DNA from: Octopus vulgaris
Taxonomy: Eukaryota
Direction: 5' to 3'
DNA length: 64,000 bases
Assembly (NCBI GenBank): GCA_951406725.2
Contig: OX597814.1
Span: 50,282,001 to 50,346,000 of the forward strand
Position 1 is the stretch's first letter. Each line of letters begins with the position of its first letter. A program made the translations under genes and the position numbers. Positions 13,369-27,599 of the stretch are shown one piece after another. A model generated the notes under the pieces. The model saw nothing but the letters and a program-made list of their open reading frames with translations. It was not told the origin of the DNA and made no database searches.

Positions 13369-15190
13369 GGAGCCTTGCAATACTATGGCTTGTTATAGGA
13401 AGGCATTTGATTCTATTCCCTACTCATGACTGCTACAGTTGGCAAAAGTGTCTGCTAATTAATTACTGTCATTGAGAGGCTCACAAAGACATGGACAGAA
13501 ATTCTAACACCTAAAACTGAGAGCAGAACGATCGACTCCAAGGTTATAGATATTTCAAAGGGGATATTCCAAGAAGATAGTCTTTCTGTAATTCTGTTCA
13601 TTTCCGCATTAAATCTATTATCATTCCTGCTACAAAATTCAAATGGCTATATCTAGGGTCTGCAACTTCTAGAGATATTAGTGTAACCCATAATTTATTT
13701 GTGGATGACCTCAAAGTTTATGACTGAAATGTTAACAATGCAAAAAAAACCCCCCAAAAAACTGGAATTAATAACAACTTCAGCTGTCATAGGAATGCAA
13801 TTTGGCCAAAAGAAGAGTTCATATTTAGCTGTTGAACGAGGATAATCAGTTACACAGACTCAAAACCTTATGCGTCAATGATCTCACCAACTGTTCTGTT
13901 TTATAAAAAACATATCATACGAAGGTACTGTGAATAAACATAGTAACCGAGAATATTATGCCAGACGTAAAAGAATATAGCAGTCGTCACTTGCAATACA
14001 ATAACACACAATTCATTTGTAGTACCATTCCTGATTTGAGATACTTGACTGGTTTGTACAATACATCCACTTCATAGACGTTAAAACCGCAGGATTCTGA
14101 CATCAACTGGAAATCTTCACAAAAGTAGGGATATCGGTAAGCTCTATCAAAGAAGAGATAAAGGAGGTGGAAGCTTGAGATCAATGCAGACGGACTTCGA
14201 ATGTCGTATAGTCTCTCCGATAGCACTTTCTAAATAAAAGAAGTAAAAATAAGTATCGCTACATTAAATTAGTGCTGAAAAGCAAAGAGAATAATATCCT
14301 ACATATGGACGACGCGCTCCTCAGGAAGTATTCTCTTCATGATGATCTACTATACCGCCTCAAAACAGCCGTACTAATATATCTAAAAATGACTTATAGG
14401 TGAAACACTCACCATGCCAAAATTAAAAATTAGAAAAAAAACAAAGACTTGATGGAGATAGTAGCATTCATATGAAGAGAAACCTGTCTTGGAATCGTGA
14501 CCAATACATCACATTTCGAAGGCTATGCATTTGCGATCCAAGAACAGGAGATTGCTACTAAATACCTACAAAAGAAACAATGAAGCTCCAAGATGCAACT
14601 TAAAATATAGATTATGCCATATTTCTGTGGAAGAAATCATGTGAATCATGTGATTAGTAGCAGCCCAAAAATGTCATCAAGGTGCCACCTCCCTATGCAA
14701 CTTGACATTGTTGCAAAAATAATATATAATGCCATTTGGAAAAAATGTCTATCCTGGAATAAATATAGAGAATACATACACAAACATCAACACAAAGAAT
14801 ACTGGTGAAACATTCCCATCAAAACATCTGTCAAGTGTAAACATAACCGGCTGGATATAGTTGTTTGAGAGAGAAAGGTAAATGTATGCACCGTCATAGA
14901 GATCAGATGTGAATATCTTTTTGAAAATTAAACAGAAAGAGAATAACTATGGACAATTGCTTCGAAACCTCCAGCTACTATATCCAGATTATAAATCCAT
15001 ATTTATACCAACAGTAATTGGTGCAGTTGGTTTTGTGAGTAAATGCCTAAGTGACAATCTAGATAAGCTAGGGTTTTCAGGAAAAAGAAATCAACCAACA
15101 AATTCGCTCATACAAGTACAATCTAAGGGGAACAGTGAAAATATACAAGACCTTTCTTGGGTTAAAAATGTCATTGATCTTGTTATCTTC
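13040..15190 (+). mobile_element. Decayed R4/Dong-like RLE LINE (RT + knuckle + RLE), interrupted by (TA)n
   Basis: ENYRLIACL, IWGCAEQLLINKVVLSE, GIFQEDSLSVILF, THNLFVDDLKVY (RT catalytic DD), EGYAFAIQEQEIATKYL, KCKHNRLDIVV, KENNYGQLLRNLQLLYPDY. Confidence 0.88.
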
Positions 15191-15808
15191 ATTCTAATGA
15201 TGGAGCTGTGCATCTTTGTTAGAAACAATCTCCTTCTTCAGAGAAAGAATTTAACTAAGTAAAAACAGACGAGAACATGCTTATTATACAGAGGAAGAGT
15301 AAAATGGCGAGGCTGGCAGATTTACGGTAGAAAATAATATAATCCAAAGAGAAATCCCGAGGATGTTGTAGGGTAGAATCAACCCCAGCAGAATTTGAAC
15401 TACAACACAGAAGCGAAAAAGGTAAACAGCTGCGTCCAGTCGAATGCTCCAGTTTCTCAGCTTTCTGTAGCGACCTAAGAGATATGAACAAAAGGATCAG
15501 TGACAAAAACATTCTATGAGATACAATGAAATGAATATTCCTCTTTGCAGTTAATTCCTAAGGAAGTCATTCCAATTGTTGTCCTGTTGTCTTAATTTCT
15601 CTGTTCCATTATTTAGCGTGTATATTTTACATTTGCATGATAAACGGTAAAACGTTGAGATTTCAACAAGAAAAACAAAACAAAAAGCAAAAGAAAGCCA
15701 ACATATTAAAGGTAAACGTAAACACAGACACGCGCATTGCTGACTCATACATACAATGCATACACGCATACATACATACATACATACATACATACATACA
15801 TACATACA

Positions 15809-15844
<36 letters not shown>

Positions 15845-16730
15845 TATATTTATATATATATATATACATACATACATACATTCCTTAAAGTTATGTCATT
15901 ACAACTGAGATAATTGAGTAGTAATAATTATCTCTATTTATTTATCATATTTTATTTCCGTTTAACTAATTATTGGCGAATATTAAAATACCCACTAATG
16001 AGCAGATCAAAATTGCGAACACAATTCATATTGCAGCTAACCACTTTTGGAAACATAACATTAGTGCCAGTGCTACAACTACAGTGGTCGCTGATGCAGA
16101 TGATAATGATGATTTTGTTGTTGCTGTTGTTGGAGATGGTGGTGATGGTGGTGTGAGCTGTATTGCTGTCGACGTTGTCGTCTTCATATTTCTTGTTTGT
16201 TATACATTGTGATGCCACATTATGTTTGTGTATTTTTACGGTTTTTATTTGTTGTTGTTTTTTTTTTCAAACATGTCTTCTGGCTTTTGTGTTTGTTTTA
16301 GTCGATGTTCTTTTTATCATTTATATAAATTTTTGTCTTTTTTTCTTTTCTTAAATATGAAATGGAAAATATGCGATGTGCGTGCACAGAAAGACAAATC
16401 TTATGAAAGATGAGTTATGAAATAAAGAAAGAATACGTTCTTTAATGAATGTGTAATTAACTAAAGATAACCGAGTTAGTTATTCTGTTTCACAATTAAC
16501 AAATTTCAGCCATTGTTTGTCTTGGCGGGTATATACTGCACTATTTTGCATATCTTGCTGCTGATAACTGCAGTCTCATTAGTGCAATGTTATCAAATCT
16601 ATTCTTGGGGTACTGCGTTCCATAATATATGCCTTCCTACTTCCAAGTTTTTGTATGTACTGACTTTTATACGTATGTATACACATACGATAACATATAC
16701 ACATACATATTCATCTCTTTCTTTCTTTCA

Positions 16731-16766
<36 letters not shown>

Positions 16767-17029
16767 TTATCTGTATCTATCTGTATTTCTTTTGTTCACA
16801 TGCATGTGTGTGTGTATGCATGCGTGTCTTTATGTACGTGCATGCATTAGCGTGTGTGTGGTATGAATGTATGCATGCGTGTGTAAGTGGGTGAAAGTAT
16901 ACACACATATAATACATATGTATATATAGATATACATATATATACAGACACACACACAAGCACACCATTATATGTATGCATATGTTTATGTGATTGTTAG
17001 TCCGTGGCTGTGTGAGTACGTGTACCGCA

Positions 17030-17113
17030 GTTACCCAAGGTACCATGCAGTGGGACTGAAACCGGAGCCATATGGTTGGGAAGCAAACTTCTTACCACAC
17101 AGTCACGCGTGCG

Positions 17114-17115
<2 letters not shown>
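17030..17115 (-). mobile_element. 5' fragment of tRNA-derived SINE (family of 23576-24000)
   Basis: gcagtgggactgaaaccggagccatatggttgggaagcaaacttcttaccacacag is the reverse complement of the SINE head. Confidence 0.75.
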
Positions 17116-17153
<38 letters not shown>

Positions 17154-17157
<4 letters not shown>

Positions 17158-17369
17158 ATCCAAACAAGAAAGCACAAAAAACACAACAACGCGAGGATTT
17201 GGAACAAATATAGTATTATTGGGCGCTCAGGAAAGAAGGAAAGGAGGGTTTAACGTTTCGAGCGGAGCTCTTCGTCGGAAACATAGGAGAAGGGAAGATC
17301 CAGAGAAGGGAAGACAGAGGAAAAAAAATCGCCAACGGTACACACGAGGTCACATTTTGAAAGACCGGG

Positions 17370-17370
<1 letters not shown>
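17154..17370 (-). mobile_element. Short non-coding PLE pLTR-like element inserted in (TA)n
   Basis: (TA)n on both sides; homologous to 24024-24230; carries an HHR. Confidence 0.8.
17248..17282 (-). ncRNA. Minimal hammerhead ribozyme, CCGACGA core
   Basis: Minus strand gttt-CCGACGA-a-gagc-tcc-gctc-GAAA-cg-TT-aaac; loopless palindromic stem III. Confidence 0.75.
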
Positions 17371-17400
<30 letters not shown>

Positions 17401-17589
17401 ATATATATACATATAAGAGGGATTACCACTATGTGGACACCACCCTAATGCTAGAAGTAGATCCGCTATGGTCTACCACTAAGAATTGTTCTCTAGAAAA
17501 TTTAGCGAACGCCAGAAACGTAAGCGAGTAAGACAAATGAAAAGTAACAAAAATACAGATTAATCATAATTTTTTCTTTCATTACATAA

Positions 17590-18100
17590 TTCTGTTTTGA
17601 TGACGCCGGCGTCCTTTGCATGCTTCAATAATGGCTCCACAGCATTTGTTACATACCGTTCTAAGCTGTTTTCCTCTGTTTCGATACAATCCTGCCAACT
17701 TATCAAACCTCACCGACTCCTTCTGGATAAGTATAGCCTATTGGTGTCACTCTTAAGGTGAATGGCTCCGTGTACTGTCAACATTTTTCTTGACTTTGTA
17801 TCCATTTTCATCAGTTCTTACTTTTGCCATTTTATTATTCCAGCTCCATACCGAAGTGATGCTATCACCGATGTATTAACTTCTTGGATTTTATTTCATC
17901 CGGTCTATTTTCAGCGCAGCACCAACGTTAGTCTTCGGAAATAATTCTATCCTCAGTTGATCTTTCATTTCCTTCTCCATCAACTCGTTGAAAATCTAGT
18001 ATACCCAGGTATTAGTAGCCTTCCTTTCAATTTGTTCAATCAGTTCTCTATTCGGTAATTCTATCCCTGATATGGAGGGTACCTTGCCTCTTTTTAGCAG
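17590..18100 (-). mobile_element. Decayed R4/Dong-like LINE fragment (post-RT region)
   Basis: Minus frames: ASLRYGAGIIKW..MDTKSRKMLTVHGAIHLKSDTNRLYLSR..GLISWQDCIETEENSLERYV. Confidence 0.75.
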
Positions 18101-18109
18101 CATACTGTA

Positions 18110-18650
18110 ACAGGCCTCGTTTGCCATTTACCAAATACTCTGCCATGTTTCTTCTTTCACTGTTGCTGCACTCCTATACGCTAATCAGCTTACGTCCACC
18201 TTTACACCTCTTTATGTAAAACTTGTGTAAGTTCGCTTTATGGTGGAGGGCACCATGCAATGACGTTGTCTTTCGGGTTGTGCGATCGAGTTGTTCAATC
18301 TCCGCTCGTGTCACTTTCAGGATGGTTGCACTATAGTGGGATACAGCAGCATCCCATCTGTTGATGGCAGTCACAAAGTTCCTTGAGTTGAGTTTTGATC
18401 TCAAGGTAAGTTGAGGTGCTTCAAATATACAGTGATGACCTTGTCTTTTATTTCTCTGTGCAAAATATTGTCCAGCTCCAGGATCTTGTACCCTTCATCA
18501 TCCGAGTCTTCCATTCTCTCTCCGTTTGGCAATTTTATGCCCTTACAATCTGTTCCTTCAAAGTGAGCGCCGTGCACTTCAAGATACCGAATTCCATCCC
18601 TATATCCTTGTTGTACATCACCTCGAATATGTTAAAAAGAAGAGGTAAAG
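18110..18650 (-). mobile_element. Another decayed R4/Dong-like LINE fragment covering the same protein region
   Basis: RSKLNSRNFVTAINRW..HYSATILK..EIEQLDRTTRKTTSLHGALHHKANLHKFYIKRCKGGRKLISV. Confidence 0.8.
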
Positions 18651-19192
18651 GATAGGTTTTATGGGAAAACTTCCTTTTAAGTTTATATCAAAGATCAGGA
18701 TTTTAAATACGCTCGTCACAAACACAAATTACACAATAGGAAAAGATCATTTCAGTTGGATTTCAGCTGTAAATTTGCGCGTGCACACTGCAAGAAATTA
18801 CATAATTCACACAGAGGTTTTACCTAGAGTGTGTGTATGTGTGTGTGTCAAAGGAAGTTATTTTATGGCATTCTTTCGTTTGAGGAAGCAAAGTTGTGAA
18901 CTCGACATATAAAGGATCATATGATTGTTCATTAATTTCCGTAAAATTGTTATAATTTCTGTATGCTTCGAAGAGAGCAGAAATTGAAAGAGAGGATAAA
19001 GGGAAAAGGCGACATTTGCTTTGAAGTGAGAGGAGAAAGTAAAAGTGAGGAGAAAGTGTAAGATGTTCGTATATATGAAATGGACGTGTGTGTAACAAAG
19101 AGAGAGAGAGAGAAGGAGAGAAAGAGAGTGAGTGAAGGTATGTGTTGTTATGTATAACTTTTTTGCATGTATGTGTAAATGGCACTCACTCG

Positions 19193-19237
<45 letters not shown>

Positions 19238-19344
19238 TCACACACATATATACACGTACACGCACACCAATCATTTTCGGCGTAACCCTAAACACCGGGA
19301 ATGCGTATTCATTATCTTCGCCCATAAATACATCTTTTTTGTGC

Positions 19345-19414
<70 letters not shown>

Positions 19415-20286
19415 ATTTCCTCATAACATACAGAATGGATGTCTTTTAATGCAATTTTTTTGGTTGTGACTTATTTTTCTACAACATTTATGTATATATT
19501 TTCATAAATGTTTGTCTGAGTAGAATTCTACGCATGTGTGAAACATCGGACGAAAGTGAAACACTAGAAACAAATCGAAATATCGTCCGAAACTGAACTC
19601 AAAATTGTGCGATCCAGCCGAGATTATTTCATTGTAAAGAAGAGTTGTTGAGTCAAAAACATAGTTTATTTGGTAAGATAGATAATAACCAGCTTTCTTT
19701 TTTATAATACAGATATGACTAATTCGGAGAAGCATTACTTTCATTATTTACACATAGTCACTTTCGTAATGCATCACGTTGTAATTTTGGTCCAAAGTGA
19801 AAGTGTGAAACTATTTTCATTTTCTAATGAAACCTGCTCGTTGTTGAAAAGTGTATTTGAAATAACTATAGCTGATTGTTGAGATAGCGTAAAAAATATG
19901 TAAATGAAATTAATGTTTATTTGGCATGTGTAATTGATTTGATGATTCTGGTCTTAACATCAGTTGGTAAGAATAGAAGTCATTTGACGACACCTTTTTT
20001 TTGTTGTTGGCTATCCTGTTGCAGGTTCAATCCGGGGAATATTGAAATGATACCCATCTTGTCCATTCCACAGACTAAGAGTATAGCAGAGAGCATGATA
20101 AGAGGGATGAATCTGTGAAACACATTTAAGGTTATCTGACTGAATCTTTTGATACCCCATACGTCAAAATCGGCAACTCGGTTTTGGAATACATAAGGAA
20201 CGTACGCATACAAACACACACACATACAAACACTCTTTTATATATATATATATTATAGATAGATAGAGATAGATAGGTAGATATAT

Positions 20287-20371
<85 letters not shown>

Positions 20372-20384
20372 TTCTCTTTTACTA

Positions 20385-20594
20385 TTTTACTCTTTTACTT
20401 GTTTCAGTCATTTGACTGCGGCCATGCTGGAGCACCGCCTTTTAGTCGAGCAACTCGACCCCGGGACTTATTCTTTTTGTAAGCCCAGTACTTATTCTAT
20501 CGGTCTCTTTTTGCCGAACCGCTAGGTGACGGGGACGTAAATACACCAGCATCGGTTGTCAAGCAATGCTAGAGGAACAAACACAGACACACAA

Positions 20595-20625
<31 letters not shown>

Positions 20626-20796
20626 CATATATACGACAGGCTTCTTTCAGTTTCCGTCTACCAAATCCACTCACAAGGCATTGGTCGGCCCGGGGCTATA
20701 GCAGAAGACACTTGCCCAAGATGCCACGCAGTGGGACTGAACCCGGAACCATGTGGCTGGTTAGCAAGCTACTTACCACACAGCCACTCCTGCGCC
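20385..20796 (-). mobile_element. Near full-length tRNA-derived SINE (octopus OR/OK-like) with internal microsatellite
   Basis: Reverse complement of 23576-24000; A/B-box-like head and (taaaagag)-type tail. Confidence 0.9.
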
Positions 20797-21162
20797 TATT
20801 CTTTTATTTCATTATATGTAAACCTCCACATTTGATGTCTACCTTTATACCGTTCCCCCAATACTTCGCCCGGGTGGCAAATAAAAGAAATCATTGTTAT
20901 TATTACGTAAGTTAATGTTTTTTAGCAACTTTATTCTCATTACAAAATGGTTGCCACTAAATCGAAAATACAATACGGTTCTAAAAAATAATCTCAAAAT
21001 CGATAATAGGAGTTCTTTTTTTCCTATTTTAACTTTAAGAAGCATGGAAACGATATTGAAAATAAATAATAACAATGATGATAAGGAAGAGGTTATTTTA
21101 AACCATAAACAGCGAATGCATTTATTTACATATATATGTATTTGTGTATATACATATATATA

Positions 21163-21213
<51 letters not shown>

Positions 21214-21290
21214 TATGTGTGTGCGTGTGTATGCATATATGATATATGTATGTGTGTATGTGTGCACATATATATATATATGTATATATG

Positions 21291-21372
<82 letters not shown>

Positions 21373-21381
21373 TATACATAT

Positions 21382-21471
<90 letters not shown>

Positions 21472-21879
21472 ATACACATTTACATACACACAAATATATG
21501 CATATACACATACACATATATATACGATACTACTACTGGATAGCAAAGGCTATATCTGAAGGTGAACGAGCTCTATATTGTATGCTACTACGTTCTTCAC
21601 GGAATATACCATAACTAATACTGACAGAGACCAGGAAACCGGTCGAAGGAGCTTTTTACATTAGAGTACGGTACTGAATCAAAGAATGGAGAAAGTTACG
21701 TCTCCTTGTTGACTCCATTTACTTCAATTACCTATTCACACACGTCACATGCTTAGACACAAACCTGGAAGTAAATATAATACTACTAGTGGATAACACA
21801 GAGTAAATCTGAAGGAAGGCAAGGTCAATATAGTCTATTACATTTTTACAGAAGACACCACAACTATATGTATGTATGT

Positions 21880-21917
<38 letters not shown>

Positions 21918-22029
21918 ATATATACGTATATGTATATATACGTATATACATATATATATATATACGTATATATATATATATATATATATACGTATATACA
22001 TATATATATATATATACGTATATACATAC

Positions 22030-22114
<85 letters not shown>

Positions 22115-22216
22115 GGAGTAAACACATAAATGTGAAACAAGGTGGAAAAAAGAGTACTCAAATACCAGTGGTAGAGTAATATGCTTTATTTTAAGCAGCA
22201 GAAAATTCAACAAAAT

Positions 22217-22254
22217 CTGTTACTCTGAGTTTCTCGTTGCCGTTCATCAGACAG
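22217..22254 (-). ncRNA. Minimal type I hammerhead ribozyme, canonical core
   Basis: Minus strand ctgt-CTGATGA-acg-gcaa-cga-GAAA-ctcagag-TA-acag. Confidence 0.85.
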
Positions 22255-23373
22255 TTTTTGCTAGAATGGAACATATATATTAATTCAATCTATACTCTTA
22301 CAAACGCTACACCTTTAAAAAGAAATGGACTTGTTTGATTGGCCCTTTAGAAAAAACGGTCAATCTTCGAGCGATAAACAAAAAGGTCAAAAATATATGT
22401 ATATATATATAAAAAAACTTATAAAAATTATAAAATCCGAGGAAAAAACCGAGGAAAAAACCTATTGCCGTTAATGAAGACAGTACATATTGTATTGCAT
22501 AAGATTACCTTTGATTATTTATATTACCTTGATTATTTATAAATGACCCAAAATAGGATGTTATATTTTATTTTATATGTCTTTCGTATATATTTTTTAT
22601 TAATGCACCCATTTTTTAAAAGCAATGTTTTTTTAAAAAAAGCAATGTTGTCAAATTTAGAATGTTTATATAAGTTTGTGTATAGCAAAGCATATGTATT
22701 TGTAAGCATGCGTATCTGTGTATGTGTAAGTGAAAGTATGCTTGTGCTTAAGCACGCATACACACGACGGTATGTATATGTATCAATTCAAACTTGTGTA
22801 TGTATACTGGCCTCTATAGATGCCAATAATATCGCTACAAGTTTTTTCCCCACCCCTCCTTCGTTTCTTTTTCTCTCTTTCCCTTTCTTTCGTTCCCCCT
22901 CCTTGCTCAGTATATGAGAATTGCTACATAGATGAATTTTAGCTTGCGTGCGAGACGGTTTGCGTGAATATATGTACACATGCTTTTATGTGTATAATTT
23001 AGATTCATATTCATACGTCTGTATATGTATGTATGGCGTTTACGCGCATCCTTTTGTGTATGTTGATATATATATGTGGATTTTAATATAAATATGTATT
23101 GCAGTATTTATAACAGGTTTAATTTCTATGCATTAATTTGTACTGTCTTCATTAACGGCAATAGGTTTTTTCCTCGGTTTTTTCCTCGGATTTTATAATT
23201 TTTATAAGTTTTTTTTTATATATATATACATATATTTTTGACCTTTTTGTTTATCGCTCGAAGATTGACCGTTTTTTCTAAAGGGCCAATCAAACAAGTC
23301 CATTTCTTTTTGAAGGTGTAGCGTTTGTAAGAGTATAGATTGAATTAATATATATGTTCCATTCTAGCAAAAA

Positions 23374-23411
23374 CTGTCTGATGAACGGCAACGAGAAACT
23401 CAGAGTAACAG
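23374..23411 (+). ncRNA. Minimal type I hammerhead ribozyme, canonical core
   Basis: ctgt-CTGATGA-acg-gcaa-cga-GAAA-ctcagag-TA-acag; GNRA loop II, GUA triplet. Confidence 0.85.
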
Positions 23412-23443
23412 ATTTTGTTGAATTTTCTGCTGCTTAAAATAAA

Positions 23444-23475
<32 letters not shown>

Positions 23476-23478
23476 GTA

Positions 23479-24000
<522 letters not shown>

Positions 24001-24023
24001 AAGAAAGAAATATATATATATAA

Positions 24024-24780
24024 AGTTAATCCAAACAAAAAAACAAAAAGACAACAACGCGAGGATGTGGAACAAATAGAGTATTATTGGTCGCTCAGGA
24101 AAGAAGGGAAGAAGGAGGGTATGACGTTTCGAGCGGAGCTCTTCGTCAGAAACATAGGAGAAAGAAAGATCCCGAGGTGGGAGGAAAGAGGGGAAAAATG
24201 CAAGTGGTCTTCGCGAGGTCACATACTGAAAAGGTGGAAGTGGTAAAAAAGAAGGAGCATGTTTTCAAAAACAGGAGAGCGGAATCAAAGAAGGAATGGT
24301 AAACGAAGGTGTGCGAGATGACAAGGGTGTGTGTGTGAGTGTGTGTGTGTGTGTATGTGTGTATATGGTGGGCAGTGGCTAGTGGCAAGCAGCAGTTAGC
24401 GAGTCAGGAAGGCAGGTCAGAAACAGGGAGGAATGTGTGTGTGCGTGTATATGTCTCGTGTGTGTGTTTTGTTGTAGTATGTGGGTGTGTACGTATACGT
24501 TTCTTTGTGTGTATGGCGAGTAACTGTGCTTAACTAAGTGTATGTGTGGGTGTGTGTGTGTGCTTGTACGTGCGTATATGTATAATTGTGTGCATGTATG
24601 TATGTGTGCGTGCGTATGTGTGCGTATGTATGTGCGTGTCTGTGCTTATATGTGTGTACGTATGTGTATGTGTGCGTGCGCGTGGAGGTATATGTTGTGT
24701 GTATGTATATGTGTCGGTGTGTATGTGAATTCGTGTGTGTTTGTACGTGTGTAAGTGTGTGTGCGTGTATATATATATAC
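24024..24780 (-). mobile_element. PLE 3' UTR/pLTR fragment (family of 17154-17370)
   Basis: Shares the terminus gttaatccaaacaa...caacaacgcgagga and the HHR; right boundary approximate. Confidence 0.72.
24119..24153 (-). ncRNA. Minimal hammerhead ribozyme, canonical CUGACGA core
   Basis: Minus strand gttt-CTGACGA-a-gagc-tcc-gctc-GAAA-cg-TC-atac; GUC triplet, one stem I mismatch. Confidence 0.78.
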
Positions 24781-24851
24781 GTATATATGTATATATATAT
24801 ATACATATATATCTATATGTATACGTATACACATATATATATATAAGTATA

Positions 24852-24905
<54 letters not shown>

Positions 24906-25180
24906 TTACGAATATATATATATATATATAAAATAACAAAATAATAAATAAAACATATGCATATATACATACATATATGTACATACCTACATCTATATGT
25001 ATATATACATGCATATATGGGTACAGGAAACAAAAAAAAATGAGAAACGAAAACATAAAAACAAAAACATGGAAACGGACTTTTTTCAAACAACGAAAAA
25101 ACAGAATACAAGACATACAACACAAGGAATATTCCCCTTCTTCAGCTGCCCCTGCGTCGACTACTCCTTGTTTCGAAGGT

Positions 25181-25212
<32 letters not shown>

Positions 25213-25677
25213 CTATGCATCAAAAAATTCTATAATTATGAGCATATGTTTTATACTCCCTACCCTATCAGCTTTAGCCTGCAAAACTTGGCTGAAGTAT
25301 ATTCTTACTGAACCAAATGGTTTTACTTCAAAGAAATCTTAAATTATGACTTGCCACTTAAATTGTCTTTTTACCCTATCCATAAAAGATAGATTCTAGT
25401 TTCTATTAGACTTGATAAACTAGTCTATAAATTAGAATTAAACCGCCTCCTCCAACTAGTAAATCTGAATAACAAATATAATCAGTGATAAGCAGTGTCT
25501 TCCTTTGAAAAATATCTCTGTTACAACTATGATGTTGTTGATAAAACATGTTCTTTGTCTATCTACTTGTCCTCTTTGTGATTTTGGATAATAAGAAAAC
25601 TATACAAATGAAACCTTTGAATTTAACTAAATTCTATATTTTTATGCAGCTGAAGATTGCTCTACATTTTAAATTGA

Positions 25678-25765
<88 letters not shown>

Positions 25766-25775
25766 TAGATAGATG

Positions 25776-25858
<83 letters not shown>

Positions 25859-27599
25859 GTGTGTATTTTCCTCTTGTTTACAATTAACACGGAACACATA
25901 AATAAACAGTTACCAGGGTAGCAAAAAATCACATACGTAAAAAGGGCGTACCACCTTGTTTTTAAAAGAAGAAACTCCGGGTTTATGTGAAATATTTTGT
26001 ATAATATATATAAATAAATATATGGAGTTAGAACGCAGGTGTTATTCAAATTCTTTTGCTTCCGACACATGGGTCGAAGATATCATTGGTATTATTCCAA
26101 AGGAATAGAATGGTGTAAAACAATGTAATCTTCTCTTCAAGGAAATGAAGAAATAAAACTCGTCAATAAGACATTTTAAGAGAATATGATAGATATTTAT
26201 AGTGATTAACTGAACGCTATTAAATTAAATAAAACCCTAAAGTCTTGGAACAAGATATATCTAGTGGAAGTGAAATGTAAGAAGAAAATCAAAAAGAATA
26301 AAAAATAGTTCACAATTACAGAGAAGACAGAATTTCGTCCCTTTATCATAACGGAACGAAATCGAGAGAATCAACCAATCTAAATTAAATTGTTTATTAT
26401 GGTCTTTTAGATACCAATTTAATTTACTAAGCCCTGTACTTTTACGTTTATTCCTATCCCTAAATATAGAGTAATGATTAGAAATTATTTTAGATAACTA
26501 AGTAGAAGAACTACCTATATAAAAAAAGACATCGGTGCCTGATTACAAATTATCGCTTCACATAATATTAGTCTGTTGAATAAGAATACATTTACTAATA
26601 CGAACATTAATTTAGCTAATACCATCCATTACCCTAGAAATATTAATAACAAGGTTGTTGTCTCTGAAGTCAATGCCAACAGAATTAAGTTTATGTCAAG
26701 TAATTCTAAAATTAAAAACTCCATATACCAGTAAATTACTTCAGGTACGGATGTCTTTTTTAATATAAGTAGTTTTTCTCAATGTGAAGAAAAAGAGAAA
26801 AAGAAAAAATGGAGAGAGACAAAAACAAAGAGGAAAAAATTAAGAAATGGTGAAGGAAGTGAGGGAGGGGGTGTTAGTTACTGGTCAAGATATTGTGATG
26901 GGAGGATGGGAGAGGTGTGAGGGAGGGAGTGTAAGAGATGAGAACGTAAGGAGTAAAATAATGTGAGATATATGAGTAGGAGTGATAATGACAAAGCTGC
27001 ATTAAGGGATGGGTAGAGAAAAGTAAGAGTGGGGTGATACTGAAGTAAGTAGTAGATTTGGTAGTCAAATTTGAGGTGGAGGAAAGAATACAAGGATGTC
27101 AAATTACTATAAATAGACATGTGTGATAGGTTAGTGATATGCACACATTGATTCGTGTGTTAATGTACTCGTAACAGATAATATGAACTACAGAAAACTG
27201 TCTTAACATAAAATGACGTCAAGAAATGCCAAGTAAAAGCCATATATCTGTGCACACATTCCTAATTGCTTATATTGCATATTCAAACAGTTTAGTACAC
27301 ATGGCAAGATACACACTGTTCACGGTGGTTGGTCAGCACCGTATTCACAATACTGCTTTTCACTGTATAATAATGATCGTAAAGAAGAATTGAAAGTAGG
27401 AAACATTTCTACTTTGTTTGAAAGCTTGGTTTATGTATAGACGTTTAGATGTAACCCTAGGTGTATCAATAACATTATTAAAAAATAAAGAAGTACATGT
27501 CAACCTTAAATATTTGTTATGAAACATAAACTTGTCAATATTTCTACATTTCTATCAATATGTAAATTTAAATAAAGATGTGAAATAATATATGTATGT

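Larger units (their letters stand above)
22112..23444. mobile_element. Non-coding head-to-head inverted pLTR element with two hammerheads, in (TA)n
   Basis: About 22184-22492 is a near-perfect inverted copy of about 23138-23444; (TA)n on both flanks; no coding capacity. Confidence 0.88.

Noticed and set aside
21590-21655. GAAA-ccgg-TC-gaag in a TA-flanked segment
   Set aside because: Resembles an HHR 3' half, but there is no properly placed CUGANGA
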